A DNA stretch of 64,000 bases, from NCBI GenBank assembly GCA_963743835.1, contig CAVUQX010000004.1:2560-66559 (forward strand). The letters are read 5' to 3'. The translations under genes were made by a program, and so were the position numbers. This stretch comes from Candidatus Dormiibacterota bacterium (lineage in GTDB: Bacteria > Chloroflexota > Dormibacteria > Aeolococcales > Aeolococcaceae). A model generated the notes under the pieces. That model had not been told where the DNA came from and ran no database searches. It saw nothing but the letters and a program-made list of their open reading frames with translations. Shown in pieces: positions 37,666-46,040 of the stretch (within the stretch, counting starts at the first letter, position 1; each line of letters begins with the position of its first letter).

Positions 37666-38901
37666 TCAGCGGCCGAAGATTCGACGCTTGCGCTTGTCGT
37701 CCGCTTTGCCGGCGGCGGCGACGCCGGCGCCCACCGGCTGGCCCCCAGTCGGAATGAGCGCGCCGGCCAGCTCACGGATGGAGCGGCTGATCTCTGACTC
37801 CGGGCTAGAGGTGACGAACGGGATTCCGCGATTGATCGAATCGCCGACGATGCGAGGATCGTAGGGGATCTGCGCTCCGACGCTGTGGCGCAGGTTCTGC
37901 TCGATCGAGTCCTTGTTGAAGTCGGAGTGCGAGTCGCTGCGGTCGACGACCAGGAGGACTGAACTCGGGTCGACGGTCAGCGATTCGAGCACCTTGAGCG
38001 CGAGCTTCGCGTCCTTGATCGCGGGGATGGTGAGCGCGGTGACCACGAGGATGTGCTGCGCCGATTCGATGACCTCGAGGTTGAAGTCGGCGAGGTGCGA
38101 GGAGGTGTCGACCACGACGTAGTCGAACGTCTTGCGCAGCTCTCCCATCACCATGCGGACGTGGTCGCTGGTGATGAGATCGGCAAGTTCCGGGCTGATC
38201 GGCGCCAGCAGGACCCGGACCCCGTTCGGTCCATGGGCCATCACCTCGTTGAGCATCTCTGGCTCGAGCGTCTCGGAGTCCACCACGTCGGTGATGCTCC
38301 GGCTGTGATCAAGGTTGAGCATCACCCCGATGTCGCCGAACTGGAGGTCGAGATCGATCAGCGCAACGCGTGATTCGGTCTCGACGGAGAGCGCCACCGC
38401 CAGGTTGGTCGCGAGCAACGTCTTCCCCACCCCACCCTTGCCGGAGAAGAGCACGATCACCTCGCCCAGCGCCGCCGCTCTTGGAGCGCCGTTGACGTCC
38501 GGGGCCGCTGCGCGCGCGAAGGTTCCCTTCTTCTCCTCGAGCTGGTGGACGCGGCGGATGGCCGCAACCAGCTCGTCGTGGCTGAAGGGTTTGATCAGAT
38601 ACTCGCGAGCGCCGGCCTGCATCGCACGGCGGAGGTAGTCACGCTCGCCTTGCACCGACATGATGATCACCGGCGAGGCGGGCAGCTCCTGGGCGAGCCG
38701 CTCGGTCAGCTGGATGCCGTCCATGATGGGCATGTTCACGTCGGTGAGCACGATGTCGGGCAGCAGGCGGTGAGCTTCCTCGAGCCCCTGCTTGCCATCA
38801 CCCGCGGTGCCGATGACCTCGATGTCCTCTTCGAACCCGAGCAGTTTGCGCAGGTTGTCCCGGGTGCTCGCGATGTCGTCGACGATGAGGAGTCGGATCA
38901 A
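37666..38901 (-). CDS. cpaE: canonical response-regulator receiver fused to CpaE/ParA-like ATPase
   Basis: ORF 37666..38901. MIRLLIVDDIASTRDNL, IVLTDVNMPIMDG, IIMSVQ, LIKPF. Walker [18 protein letters not shown]. Confidence 0.88.
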   Translation of the reverse strand: MIRLLIVDDIASTRDNLRKLLGFEEDIEVIGTAGDGKQGLEEAHRLLPDIVLTDVNMPIMDGIQLTERLAQELPASPVIIMSVQGERDYLRRAMQAGAREYLIKPFSHDELVAAIRRVHQLEEKKGTFARAAAPDVNGAPRAAALGEVIVLFSGKGGVGKTLLATNLAVALSVETESRVALIDLDLQFGDIGVMLNLDHSRSITDVVDSETLEPEMLNEVMAHGPNGVRVLLAPISPELADLITSDHVRMVMGELRKTFDYVVVDTSSHLADFNLEVIESAQHILVVTALTIPAIKDAKLALKVLESLTVDPSSVLLVVDRSDSHSDFNKDSIEQNLRHSVGAQIPYDPRIVGDSINRGIPFVTSSPESEISRSIRELAGALIPTGGQPVGAGVAAAGKADDKRKRRIFGR

Positions 38902-38915
38902 ATCGATCTGGGACC

Positions 38916-39632
38916 TCAGCCCACCGACAAGCGTGCTGCCTGGACCGGGTCGACCGGTATGCCTGGCCCCATGGTGGCAGCGATCGTGACCGTCTTCACG
39001 TAGGTGCCCTTGGCGCCGGAAGGCTTGGCCCGCACGATCGCATCCATCAAAGCGGCGAAATTGTCTCGCAATTTGTCGTCGTCGAACGAAGCTTTACCAA
39101 TTGCGGTGTGAATGATGCCAGTCCTGTCATTTCGGAACTCGACGCGCCCGCCCTGGACATCCTGGATCGCCTTGGCGATATCGAACGTCACCGTCCCGGC
39201 CTTGGGGTTCGGCATGAGGCCGCGCGGGCCGAGAATCTTGCCCAGGCGACCCACCATGCCCATGACCTCGGGGGTCGCGAGCGCCACGTCGAAGTCGATC
39301 TCTCCTGCCTGGACCTTCTTGACCAGGTCCTCACCGCCGACGACGTCTGCGCCGGCCTCGATGGCCTCGCGGAGCTTCTCGCCGGTCGCGAACACCGCGA
39401 TACGCCTGGTCTTCCCGGTGCCGTGCGGAAGCGTGACCGTGCTTCGCACCACCTGATCGGCGTGGCGGGGGTCGATGCCGAGACGGATGTGCGCTTCGAT
39501 GGACGAATCGAACGCGGTGACCGCGGTCTGGCGAACCAGGCTCACCGCCTCGGACGGCGGGTAGAACTTCCCCGATTCGATCGCGCTCGCGGCCTGCCGG
39601 TACTTCTTGCCGTGTTGTTTGGGCATCTTCAC
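38916..39632 (-). CDS. rplA: 50S ribosomal protein L1
   Basis: ORF 38916..39632: KQHGKKYRQAASAIE...IRLGIDPRHADQVVRSTVTLPHGTGKTRRIAVFA...GPRGLMPNPKAGTVT. Confidence 0.95.
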   Translation of the reverse strand: MKMPKQHGKKYRQAASAIESGKFYPPSEAVSLVRQTAVTAFDSSIEAHIRLGIDPRHADQVVRSTVTLPHGTGKTRRIAVFATGEKLREAIEAGADVVGGEDLVKKVQAGEIDFDVALATPEVMGMVGRLGKILGPRGLMPNPKAGTVTFDIAKAIQDVQGGRVEFRNDRTGIIHTAIGKASFDDDKLRDNFAALMDAIVRAKPSGAKGTYVKTVTIAATMGPGIPVDPVQAARLSVG

Positions 39633-39683
39633 TTTTCTCCGTGGTGTTGGCGGACGCGCTAACGCGCCCTCCCACTCAGTGGC

Positions 39684-40106
39684 TCAGTTGACGTTGAGAC
39701 CCATGGACCGGGCCGTGCCCTCGATGATCCTGGTGGCGTGCTCGAGATCGTGGGCGTTGAGGTCGGCCTGCTTGACCTCGGCGATCTCGCGCACCTGCGC
39801 CTTCGAGAGGGAACCGACCTTGTCGCGGTTCGGGTTCCCCGAGCCCTTCTCGACGCCGGCGGCCTTCTTCAACAGCTCCGACGCGGGCGGCGTCTTGGTG
39901 ATGAAGCTGAAGGTCCTGTCCTCGAAAACGGTGATCTGGGCGGGGATGACACCCGACATGTTGGCGGTGCGCTCGTTGTACGCCTTGCAGAACTCCATGA
40001 TGTTGAGCCCGTGGGGACCCAGAGCTGTGCCGACCGGCGGCGCAGGCGTGGCCTTGCCGGCCTGGAGCTGCAGCTTGATAACCGTCTTGACTTTCTTCTT
40101 GCTCAT
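39684..40106 (-). CDS. rplK: 50S ribosomal protein L11
   Basis: ORF 39684..40106: [47 protein letters not shown]. Confidence 0.95.
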   Translation of the reverse strand: MSKKKVKTVIKLQLQAGKATPAPPVGTALGPHGLNIMEFCKAYNERTANMSGVIPAQITVFEDRTFSFITKTPPASELLKKAAGVEKGSGNPNRDKVGSLSKAQVREIAEVKQADLNAHDLEHATRIIEGTARSMGLNVN

Positions 40107-40136
40107 GGTTTCCCTGACCTGGTCTCCTGGAGTGGG

Positions 40137-40703
40137 TTAGCGAAGGCGCTCGACCTGAAGGAGGTCCAGCTCGACAGGCGTCTCGCGACCGAACATGTTC
40201 ACGAGCACTTTGAGCTTGCCCTTCTCGACGTTGATCTCGGTCACCTTGCCGTGGAAGTCGGTGAACGGTCCATCGATGACGCGAACGTTCTCGCCGACCT
40301 CGTACTCGACGTTGACCTTGGTCGGGGCCTCGGCCTTCACCTGCTTCTGAATGCCGCGAATCTCGTGCTCCTGCAACGGAACGGGCTTGTTGCCCGAGCC
40401 GACGAAGGAGGTCACGCCGGGTGTATTGCGGACGACGTACCACGACTCATCCGACATCACCATGTTGACGAGGATGTAGCCGGGGAAGATCCGCTTGCTC
40501 ACCTTGCGGCGCTGACCGTCCTTGATCTCCATGACCTCCTCGGTCGGAACCAGGACGTCGAAGATCTGGTCGTGCATATCCATGGACTCGACGCGCTTGA
40601 GGAGGTTCGCACGAACTTTCTCCTCGTGGCCGGAATACGCATGCACGACGTACCAGCGGGCGTCCTTGGCGGAAACGGCGGCATTGCTCACAGCGATGTT
40701 CAT
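40137..40703 (-). CDS. nusG: transcription termination/antitermination factor NusG
   Basis: ORF 40137..40703: RWYVVHAYSGHEEKVRANL...FPGYILVNMVM..WYVVRNTPGVTSFVG. KOW region GENVRVIDGPFTDFHGKVTEI. Confidence 0.95.
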   Translation of the reverse strand: MNIAVSNAAVSAKDARWYVVHAYSGHEEKVRANLLKRVESMDMHDQIFDVLVPTEEVMEIKDGQRRKVSKRIFPGYILVNMVMSDESWYVVRNTPGVTSFVGSGNKPVPLQEHEIRGIQKQVKAEAPTKVNVEYEVGENVRVIDGPFTDFHGKVTEINVEKGKLKVLVNMFGRETPVELDLLQVERLR

Positions 40704-40716
40704 TCTCCCACGACGG

Positions 40717-41070
40717 CTACGGCGACACGGTCGGTGCGACGGTTGGTACAGGGGTTGTCGGCGCGGCGGTGGAGGGCGCCGGGGTGGCGGTGGCTGAGGC
40801 CGCCTGGGTTGCGACCGCCTGCTTCACGCCGAGGCTGAGCACGTAGTCCACACTGCCCACGAGAGCGGCGAAGATGATGACCGTGGCGATCACGATGCCG
40901 GTCATTCGCGTCAGCTCGTCCCGCGCAGGCCAGACGACCTTCTTGAGCTCCTCCCAGACACCCCGGAGATAGCCGATCGGGCCGGAGCGGCCGGAGCCAC
41001 CGGATCCCGCACCCGGCAATGCGGGCCTCTGTGGGCGAGAGCTGCCCGGGGCGATTCGAGCCTTGGCCAT
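40717..41070 (-). CDS. secE: preprotein translocase subunit SecE with Ala/Pro/Thr-rich C-terminal extension
   Basis: ATG 41070 in ORF 40717..41139: MAKARIAPG...IGYLRGVWEELKKVVWPARDELTRMTGIVIATVIIFAALVGSVDYVLSLGVKQ, followed by AVATQAASATATPAPSTAAPTTPVPTVAPTVSP. Confidence 0.8.
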   Translation of the reverse strand: MAKARIAPGSSRPQRPALPGAGSGGSGRSGPIGYLRGVWEELKKVVWPARDELTRMTGIVIATVIIFAALVGSVDYVLSLGVKQAVATQAASATATPAPSTAAPTTPVPTVAPTVSP

Positions 41071-41124
41071 TGACGGTGATCTCTCCTGATGGTGATACCG
41101 GGGCGAGCCGGACTGGGTCGGTGA

Positions 41125-41200
41125 TGGCAGGGGCGGCAAGACTCGAACTCGCGACCCTCGGTTTTGGAGACCGATGCTCTACCAGCTGAGCTACGCCCCT
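41125..41200 (-). tRNA. tRNA-Trp (anticodon CCA), CCA-3' encoded
   Basis: Folded by eye from the minus strand: AGGGGCG-TA-GCTC-AGCTGGTA-GAGC-A-TCGGT-CTCCAAA-ACCGA-GGGTC-GCGAG-TTCGAGT-CTTGC-CGCCCCT-GCCA. Sits in the usual rpmG / secE position. Confidence 0.9.
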
Positions 41201-41204
41201 TCGG

Positions 41205-41372
41205 TCACTTGGTCTCGCGATGCTGCCTGTGCACGCGGCAACGCCTGCAGAACTTCCGCAACTCCAGGCGATCCGGGTCGTTGCGCTTGTTCTTGACCGT
41301 CGTGTAATTGCGTTCCTTGCACTCGTTGCACTGCAACGTGATGATTGCGGAACCGCCCTTGGCCGTAGCCAT
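41205..41372 (-). CDS. rpmG: 50S ribosomal protein L33 (55 aa, below the ORF-track cutoff)
   Basis: Own translation: [55 protein letters not shown]. CxxC...CxxC zinc-ribbon form. Confidence 0.9.
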   Translation of the reverse strand: MATAKGGSAIITLQCNECKERNYTTVKNKRNDPDRLELRKFCRRCRVHRQHRETK

Positions 41373-41567
41373 CTGTCAATTGCCTCAAACACAAAAGAGA
41401 CCTAGCGGCGCTAGGTCGGCATGCAGTTTACCACAGATCCGGAGCGTCGCCGGGGTGGCGGCCGCGGAGATCGCCGGGGGCCGATCGTCACAGGCTTGCC
41501 AACTCCGAGTCGAGCCGATCGGACTACGCTGTGGGCAAGCAACCGTACACCCTGGGGGACCTCCATC

Positions 41568-42053
41568 ATGCACCCGCTGCTCCGCCCCGCGAACGTCGTC
41601 ATCGCCGTGCTCGGTGCCGCTGTCGTCGGTCTCGGCACCGTGGTGGCTGTGGATCACACTGCGACCCCGGCGCCCCGTGCGCAGACGGCGTCGCTGGCCG
41701 CCGCGCCGAGCAGCGTCTCATCGCTTCTCTCCTCGGGCGCATTCGCCGCATCCGGGCAGGTCAAGGCCGAGGCGTCGCACGTCTTCGATTTCTTCACAAC
41801 GGACACCAAGCTCACCTGGGACCAGGTCGGGGCTGATGTGCTCCGCGGCGAAACCCTGGGTCAGATCGCCGGAACCCACGCCGCCAAGGTGGAGGCAGAT
41901 GCCCTTGCCGAGGTGCGGACCGGGCTCGCGCTGGGAGTCACGAGGGGCGTGATCACCCCGGCCGAGGAGAGCCGCCTGGTCAACGACACCCGTGATGCGA
42001 TCTCGGTGCTCATGGCCGCGAAGTTGAGCGCGATGCTCCCGATGGGGCACTGA
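41568..42053 (+). CDS. hypothetical membrane-anchored/secreted protein
   Basis: ATG 41568 in ORF 41421..42053: MHPLLRPANVVIAVLGAAVVGLGTVVAV, then a soluble helical domain. I recognised no family. Confidence 0.5.
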   Translation: MHPLLRPANVVIAVLGAAVVGLGTVVAVDHTATPAPRAQTASLAAAPSSVSSLLSSGAFAASGQVKAEASHVFDFFTTDTKLTWDQVGADVLRGETLGQIAGTHAAKVEADALAEVRTGLALGVTRGVITPAEESRLVNDTRDAISVLMAAKLSAMLPMGH

Positions 42054-42810
42054 CCGGACTGCCGAGCAGATCCGCCTCCGAACCGCTCTCGAGGGGCGGA
42101 TGGAGCAGGCACTCCTTGTCGGAGTCCCCTTCCCACCACCAGCGCCCGGCCCGCTCGCTCTCGCCGGCGCCGGTTGCACGAGTGCATGGGGCGCAACCGA
42201 TCGACGGGTAGCCCCGGTCGTAGAGCGGGTGATGATCGATGCCCCGACTGGCGAGGTACTCCCACACCTGGGCGCGTGACCAGCCGGCCAGTGGCACCAC
42301 CTTGGTGATCCCTCCGTGGCCCGGATCGCCCGCGACAACCGGGGTTTCGGCACGCGTCGGCGTCTGCTCACGGCGCAGCCCGGTGATCCAGGCGTCGCAG
42401 TCCTGGAGCGCTCGAGCGAGGGGGTTGACCTTGCGAACCGCGCAGCATTCATTGCGGAGCGCCACCGACCGGCGGAACTGCATGGTCCCGTGTTCCGCGG
42501 TCATCGCATCCAACTCCACCGAATCCGGGGAGAGGATGCGAAGGCGGATCGGGTAGCGCTGTCTGACCTGCTCGATGAAGTCGTGCGTCTCCTCGTGGAG
42601 GCGGCCGGTATCAAGAGTCAGGACCTCGGGCTGCGGCACGATCCCGCAGGCCATGTCGATGAGGACCATGGACTCCGCCTGAAAGCTTGCCACCAGGGCG
42701 ACGCGCCGGAAGCGCATGTAGGTCCAGGCGAGCACCTCCTCGGCGCTCCCGTGGCGGAGATTGGCCCGCGCAGACGCGAGATCACGATTTGCAACCACGG
42801 CGCACATCAT
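42010..42810 (-). CDS. cysH: adenylyl-/phosphoadenylyl-sulfate reductase (CysH, Fe-S type)
   Basis: ATG 42810 in ORF 42010..43464: VALVASFQAESMVLIDM...LDTGRLHEETHDFI...ECCAVRKVNPL...WITGLRREQ...YPSIGCAPCT...GRWWWE..KECLLH. The extreme 3' end is uncertain because of a 44-nt convergent overlap with 41568..42053. Confidence 0.85.
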   Translation of the reverse strand: MMCAVVANRDLASARANLRHGSAEEVLAWTYMRFRRVALVASFQAESMVLIDMACGIVPQPEVLTLDTGRLHEETHDFIEQVRQRYPIRLRILSPDSVELDAMTAEHGTMQFRRSVALRNECCAVRKVNPLARALQDCDAWITGLRREQTPTRAETPVVAGDPGHGGITKVVPLAGWSRAQVWEYLASRGIDHHPLYDRGYPSIGCAPCTRATGAGESERAGRWWWEGDSDKECLLHPPLESGSEADLLGSPVSAPSGASRSTSRP

Positions 42811-42877
42811 CGGGCAATCGTCCCGATTGCGAACGGATTGGTGCTCAAAGGAGGCGACGCGCCGTGGAACCTCGAGC

Positions 42878-44290
42878 TCAGGCCACCGCCTGAACCGGGT
42901 GCGACAATCGAGGGGTGGACCACAGGTGCATCGCCGCATGTGCCCGCCAGGGGCGCCAGCGCTCCGCGACCTCACCGACACGGCCGGGGGTCGCGACGGT
43001 CCCGGTGAGCGCCTCGACCCCACGACGCAGCCCGAGGTCAGTCGATGGGAATGCGTCGGCCTCCCCCATGCGGAGCGCCAGATAGTTCGCCGTCCACGGA
43101 CCGAGCCCGGACACCGCCACCAGCGACTGGACCTGCTCATCAAGCGACCGGCTCCGATCGAGCTTGATCTCGGATGCCGCCACGGCGCCTGCGAAGTTGT
43201 GGATCGCGGCGATGCGAGCACCGGTGAGGCCGAGGCCGGTGAGGTCGGCGTCCGCCAGCACCTCGGGAGCCGGAAATGTGTCAGTGAGGCCGATCTGTCC
43301 GAGACCGGCCACCGGCATCCCGTGGCGCGCGACCAGGCGGCCGATGATGGTGCCCGCTCCGGCCACGGTGACCTGCTGCCCGATGATCGCCCGAACGCCG
43401 ACCTCGAACGGATCCCAAGCACCCGGCACTCGCAGCCCGGGTAAGGCCTCGATCCGCGCGCCAAGCAGCGGATCGCGGCTCAGCAGTTCATTGGCACGGT
43501 CGATCTCGAAGTCGAGGTTGAAGATGCGGCGAGCCTGGTGCACGACGTGAACCAGACCGCCCCAGTGCGGCAGATGCGCGGTGAGACGGAGGTGATCTGG
43601 CCCGCCCATGGCAACCTCGATCGCGCCCGGATCACCGTCGACGGTGACCGTCCTCCGGTACACGCCTGCTTCGACGTGTTCGACCCCGGAGACCGCCCGT
43701 GCGGCGAGGTATCCGAGCATCGCCTCCCAGTCGAGTGGTCCGGCAAAGGCCAGGCGCAATGCAAGCCCGCCGTCCGCCACCAGGCGGTCGGCGACACGCC
43801 GCCGCCCACGGAGCTCGCGCGGGGTGGCCCGGAAGATCTCGTGGAGCGTCCGGTTGAACTGACGAAGGCTGCCGAATTCGGAGGCGAAGGCGATCTCCGT
43901 GATCGACAGGTCGGTGTCGTCGAGGAGGCGCCGCGCAAAGTGAGCCCTGCTCGACCGTGCCAGCTGCGACGGCGTCACCCCGAGTTGCTCCTGAAAGAGC
44001 CGGCGCAGGTGCCGCGCCGAAACCCCGAGGCGGGCGGCGAGCGCCGCCTCGTTGTCGCTGCGCAGGTCGCCGTCGACCACCAGCCTGATGGCACGGCAGA
44101 CGACCTCCGACGCGACGCCGGCAATCGGCGCCGCCGTCCGGTACGGCCGGCAGCGAAGGCAGGCCCGGAAGCCGGCAACCTCCGCGGCAGCGGCGACATC
44201 GAAATGGCGCACGTTGGCGGGGTTCGGGCGTGCCGAGCATCCCGGCCGGCAGTAGATGCCGGTCGTGACCACCCCCGAGTAACCGCTCAC
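42878..44290 (-). CDS. alkA: Ada-AlkA fusion: Ada Zn-binding + AraC HTH + DNA-3-methyladenine glycosylase II
   Basis: ORF 42878..44437, likely GTG start at 44290. TTGIYCRPGCSARPNPANVRHF...FRACLRCRP, AraC HTH ITEIAFASEFGSLRQFNRTLHEIFRATPRELR, HhH-GPD AIIGQQVTVAGAGTIIGRLV...LVAVSGLGPWTANYLALRMGEADAFPSTDLGLRRG. Confidence 0.85.
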   Translation of the reverse strand: MSGYSGVVTTGIYCRPGCSARPNPANVRHFDVAAAAEVAGFRACLRCRPYRTAAPIAGVASEVVCRAIRLVVDGDLRSDNEAALAARLGVSARHLRRLFQEQLGVTPSQLARSSRAHFARRLLDDTDLSITEIAFASEFGSLRQFNRTLHEIFRATPRELRGRRRVADRLVADGGLALRLAFAGPLDWEAMLGYLAARAVSGVEHVEAGVYRRTVTVDGDPGAIEVAMGGPDHLRLTAHLPHWGGLVHVVHQARRIFNLDFEIDRANELLSRDPLLGARIEALPGLRVPGAWDPFEVGVRAIIGQQVTVAGAGTIIGRLVARHGMPVAGLGQIGLTDTFPAPEVLADADLTGLGLTGARIAAIHNFAGAVAASEIKLDRSRSLDEQVQSLVAVSGLGPWTANYLALRMGEADAFPSTDLGLRRGVEALTGTVATPGRVGEVAERWRPWRAHAAMHLWSTPRLSHPVQAVA

Positions 44291-44403
44291 AACCGTACTT
44301 GTATCGCGATGCACCGGGCGCGTACCGGCCGTATCCGGACATGACGATGGATCTGTCCGGAAACGACCGGTTCCTGTCCGCACTCCGGGATCAGGCTTGA
44401 GGG

Positions 44404-44907
44404 ATGTCCGAGTCGTACGGCTACGCACCAACCCCACTCGGACGCGTCCTCGTGATCACCGCTGGTGACCAGCTCATCGGACTGCACTTCGACGGCCACC
44501 CCCGGACCCCGGAACTGGGGGCCCGTACCAGCGGCGCCGGCCCGACGCTGAGCGCGGTGGCCGCCCAGCTCGACGAGTACTTCCGAGGGGTCCGAACCGG
44601 CTTTGAGCTTCCCATTCGCGTGGAGGGAACGCCCTTTCAACGCGCGGTCTGGGCCGCGCTTCTCGACATCCCGTTTGGCCAGACTTCGACCTACGCGGAG
44701 GTTGCCGCACGTATCGGCCGGCCTCGCGCGGTCCGTGCCGTCGGTGCCGCCAATGGTCGGAACGCGATCTCGATCGTGGTCCCGTGCCATCGGCTCATCG
44801 GCACCAACGGGGACCTGACCGGATACGGCTGGGGCCTCGAACGCAAACGGAGCCTCCTCGCACTCGAGGGCGCCGACCTGGGCCGCCGGCCCGTCAAGCC
44901 GGGGTGA
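44404..44907 (+). CDS. ogt: methylated-DNA--protein-cysteine methyltransferase
   Basis: ORF 44404..44907: FQRAVWAALLDIPFGQTSTYAEVAARIGRPRAVRAVGAANGRNAISIVVPCHRLIG. Divergent from alkA. Confidence 0.9.
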   Translation: MSESYGYAPTPLGRVLVITAGDQLIGLHFDGHPRTPELGARTSGAGPTLSAVAAQLDEYFRGVRTGFELPIRVEGTPFQRAVWAALLDIPFGQTSTYAEVAARIGRPRAVRAVGAANGRNAISIVVPCHRLIGTNGDLTGYGWGLERKRSLLALEGADLGRRPVKPG

Positions 44908-44919
44908 GCTGATTCCGGA

Positions 44920-45864
44920 TCAGGCGTGTGTCAGCGGGATCGTCACCGTGTCGCGAAGCGCGGGCCGTCCGTGATCCGCTCCATTGGTGGCGCCGCTCGC
45001 CGGCACACCGGCGGCGACCGCATGCCCTCCGTTGGCGTGCCCGTTCTCGTGACAATTGCCGAAGAATGCCTTGAGCACCTCGAGCTGACGGTGCACCGCC
45101 TCCTCATTCCAGCCATGACCCTGGTCGCTGTCGGTGAACACCTGGAGGTCCGGGAGGGTCGCGATCACGTCCTTGAGCCGTTCCACGTCGACCAGGCGAT
45201 CGTGTCGGGCGACGATGATCAGGGTCCGCTCCGCCCGAGCGGCGACCACATCGACGTCATCGCGGCGCAAGCAGTCGTTGAGCCACTCACGTGCGGCACG
45301 AGGATCCGCCCGGCGCTGGTTCTCGTAGTTGATGTCGGCGGTGCGATCGTCGACGTCGCCCTCGACGATGACGAAGCGCTTGTAGAGATCGCTTACCCAG
45401 CGCTGCCGGCTCAACCAGACAACGCCGTCCCACATGGGGCGGCGGCTCAGCAGGCGCACCTGGTCTCGGTAACGCCGCCGCATCAGATCGGACGACAGGA
45501 GCGGGGTGTGCAGCACCAGCCGCTCGGCCCGGGTGCCCGCCCGCTTCGCCAGCGCGCAGGCGACGGTCGCCCCAAGGCAGAGACCGCCGACGTCGAACTT
45601 GTCGATCTCAAGCTCTGTGAGCAGGTCGAACAGCACATCGGCCATCGCACCGGACGAGTGCCGTCCGCGGAGCGGTGGTGACGCACCGTTTCCTGGAAGG
45701 TCGGGGATGATCAGGGTTCGATACGCCCCGAGCTCGCCGAACCTGCCTCCAAACTCCTCGGCCGAACTGAGGAAGCCATGGCAGAGCACCAGCGGTTTGC
45801 CGCGTCCGCAGACGAGATAGCGAAGCGGCTGCCCGCGGACCGTCGCGAAGCGCTCCTCCATCAA
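44920..45864 (-). CDS. alpha/beta-fold hydrolase
   Basis: ORF 44920..45864: PLVLCHGFLSSAEEF, nucleophile-elbow-like GGLCLGATVA, C-terminal DSDQGHGWNEE. Confidence 0.8.
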   Translation of the reverse strand: MMEERFATVRGQPLRYLVCGRGKPLVLCHGFLSSAEEFGGRFGELGAYRTLIIPDLPGNGASPPLRGRHSSGAMADVLFDLLTELEIDKFDVGGLCLGATVACALAKRAGTRAERLVLHTPLLSSDLMRRRYRDQVRLLSRRPMWDGVVWLSRQRWVSDLYKRFVIVEGDVDDRTADINYENQRRADPRAAREWLNDCLRRDDVDVVAARAERTLIIVARHDRLVDVERLKDVIATLPDLQVFTDSDQGHGWNEEAVHRQLEVLKAFFGNCHENGHANGGHAVAAGVPASGATNGADHGRPALRDTVTIPLTHA

Positions 45865-46040
45865 CGGGGGTCACCGTTGGAGTTGGACGAGACCCCGGCG
45901 GCCAAGGTACGAGTCACGACCGGTCGCCTTGCATCAATGGCGTCATTAAAGCCACAGATTGGCTGGTTCTGGCGGTCCGCTGGCGTACAGAGGCCCTGCG
46001 ATGACCGTCGCGATCAAGATTCGAGCCATGGCCGGCGACC

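Noticed and set aside
41125-41200. tRNA-Trp as a possible integration site for a mobile element
   Set aside because: It sits in the conserved rpmG / tRNA-Trp / secE / nusG / rplK / rplA arrangement. There is no integrase, no direct repeat of the tRNA 3' end and no compositional break next to it.
42010-42053. 44-nt convergent overlap between cysH and the hypothetical gene 41568..42053
   Set aside because: It is most likely imprecise 3'-end assignment of one ORF (the cysH tail after KECLLH is not conserved-looking). It is not evidence of a functional overlap.
43164-44437. Multiple 130-270-aa ORFs on both strands across the ada-alkA gene
   Set aside because: The 42878..44290 minus-strand frame contains contiguous Ada Zn-finger, AraC HTH and HhH-GPD motifs. 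The other ORFs are shadow frames.
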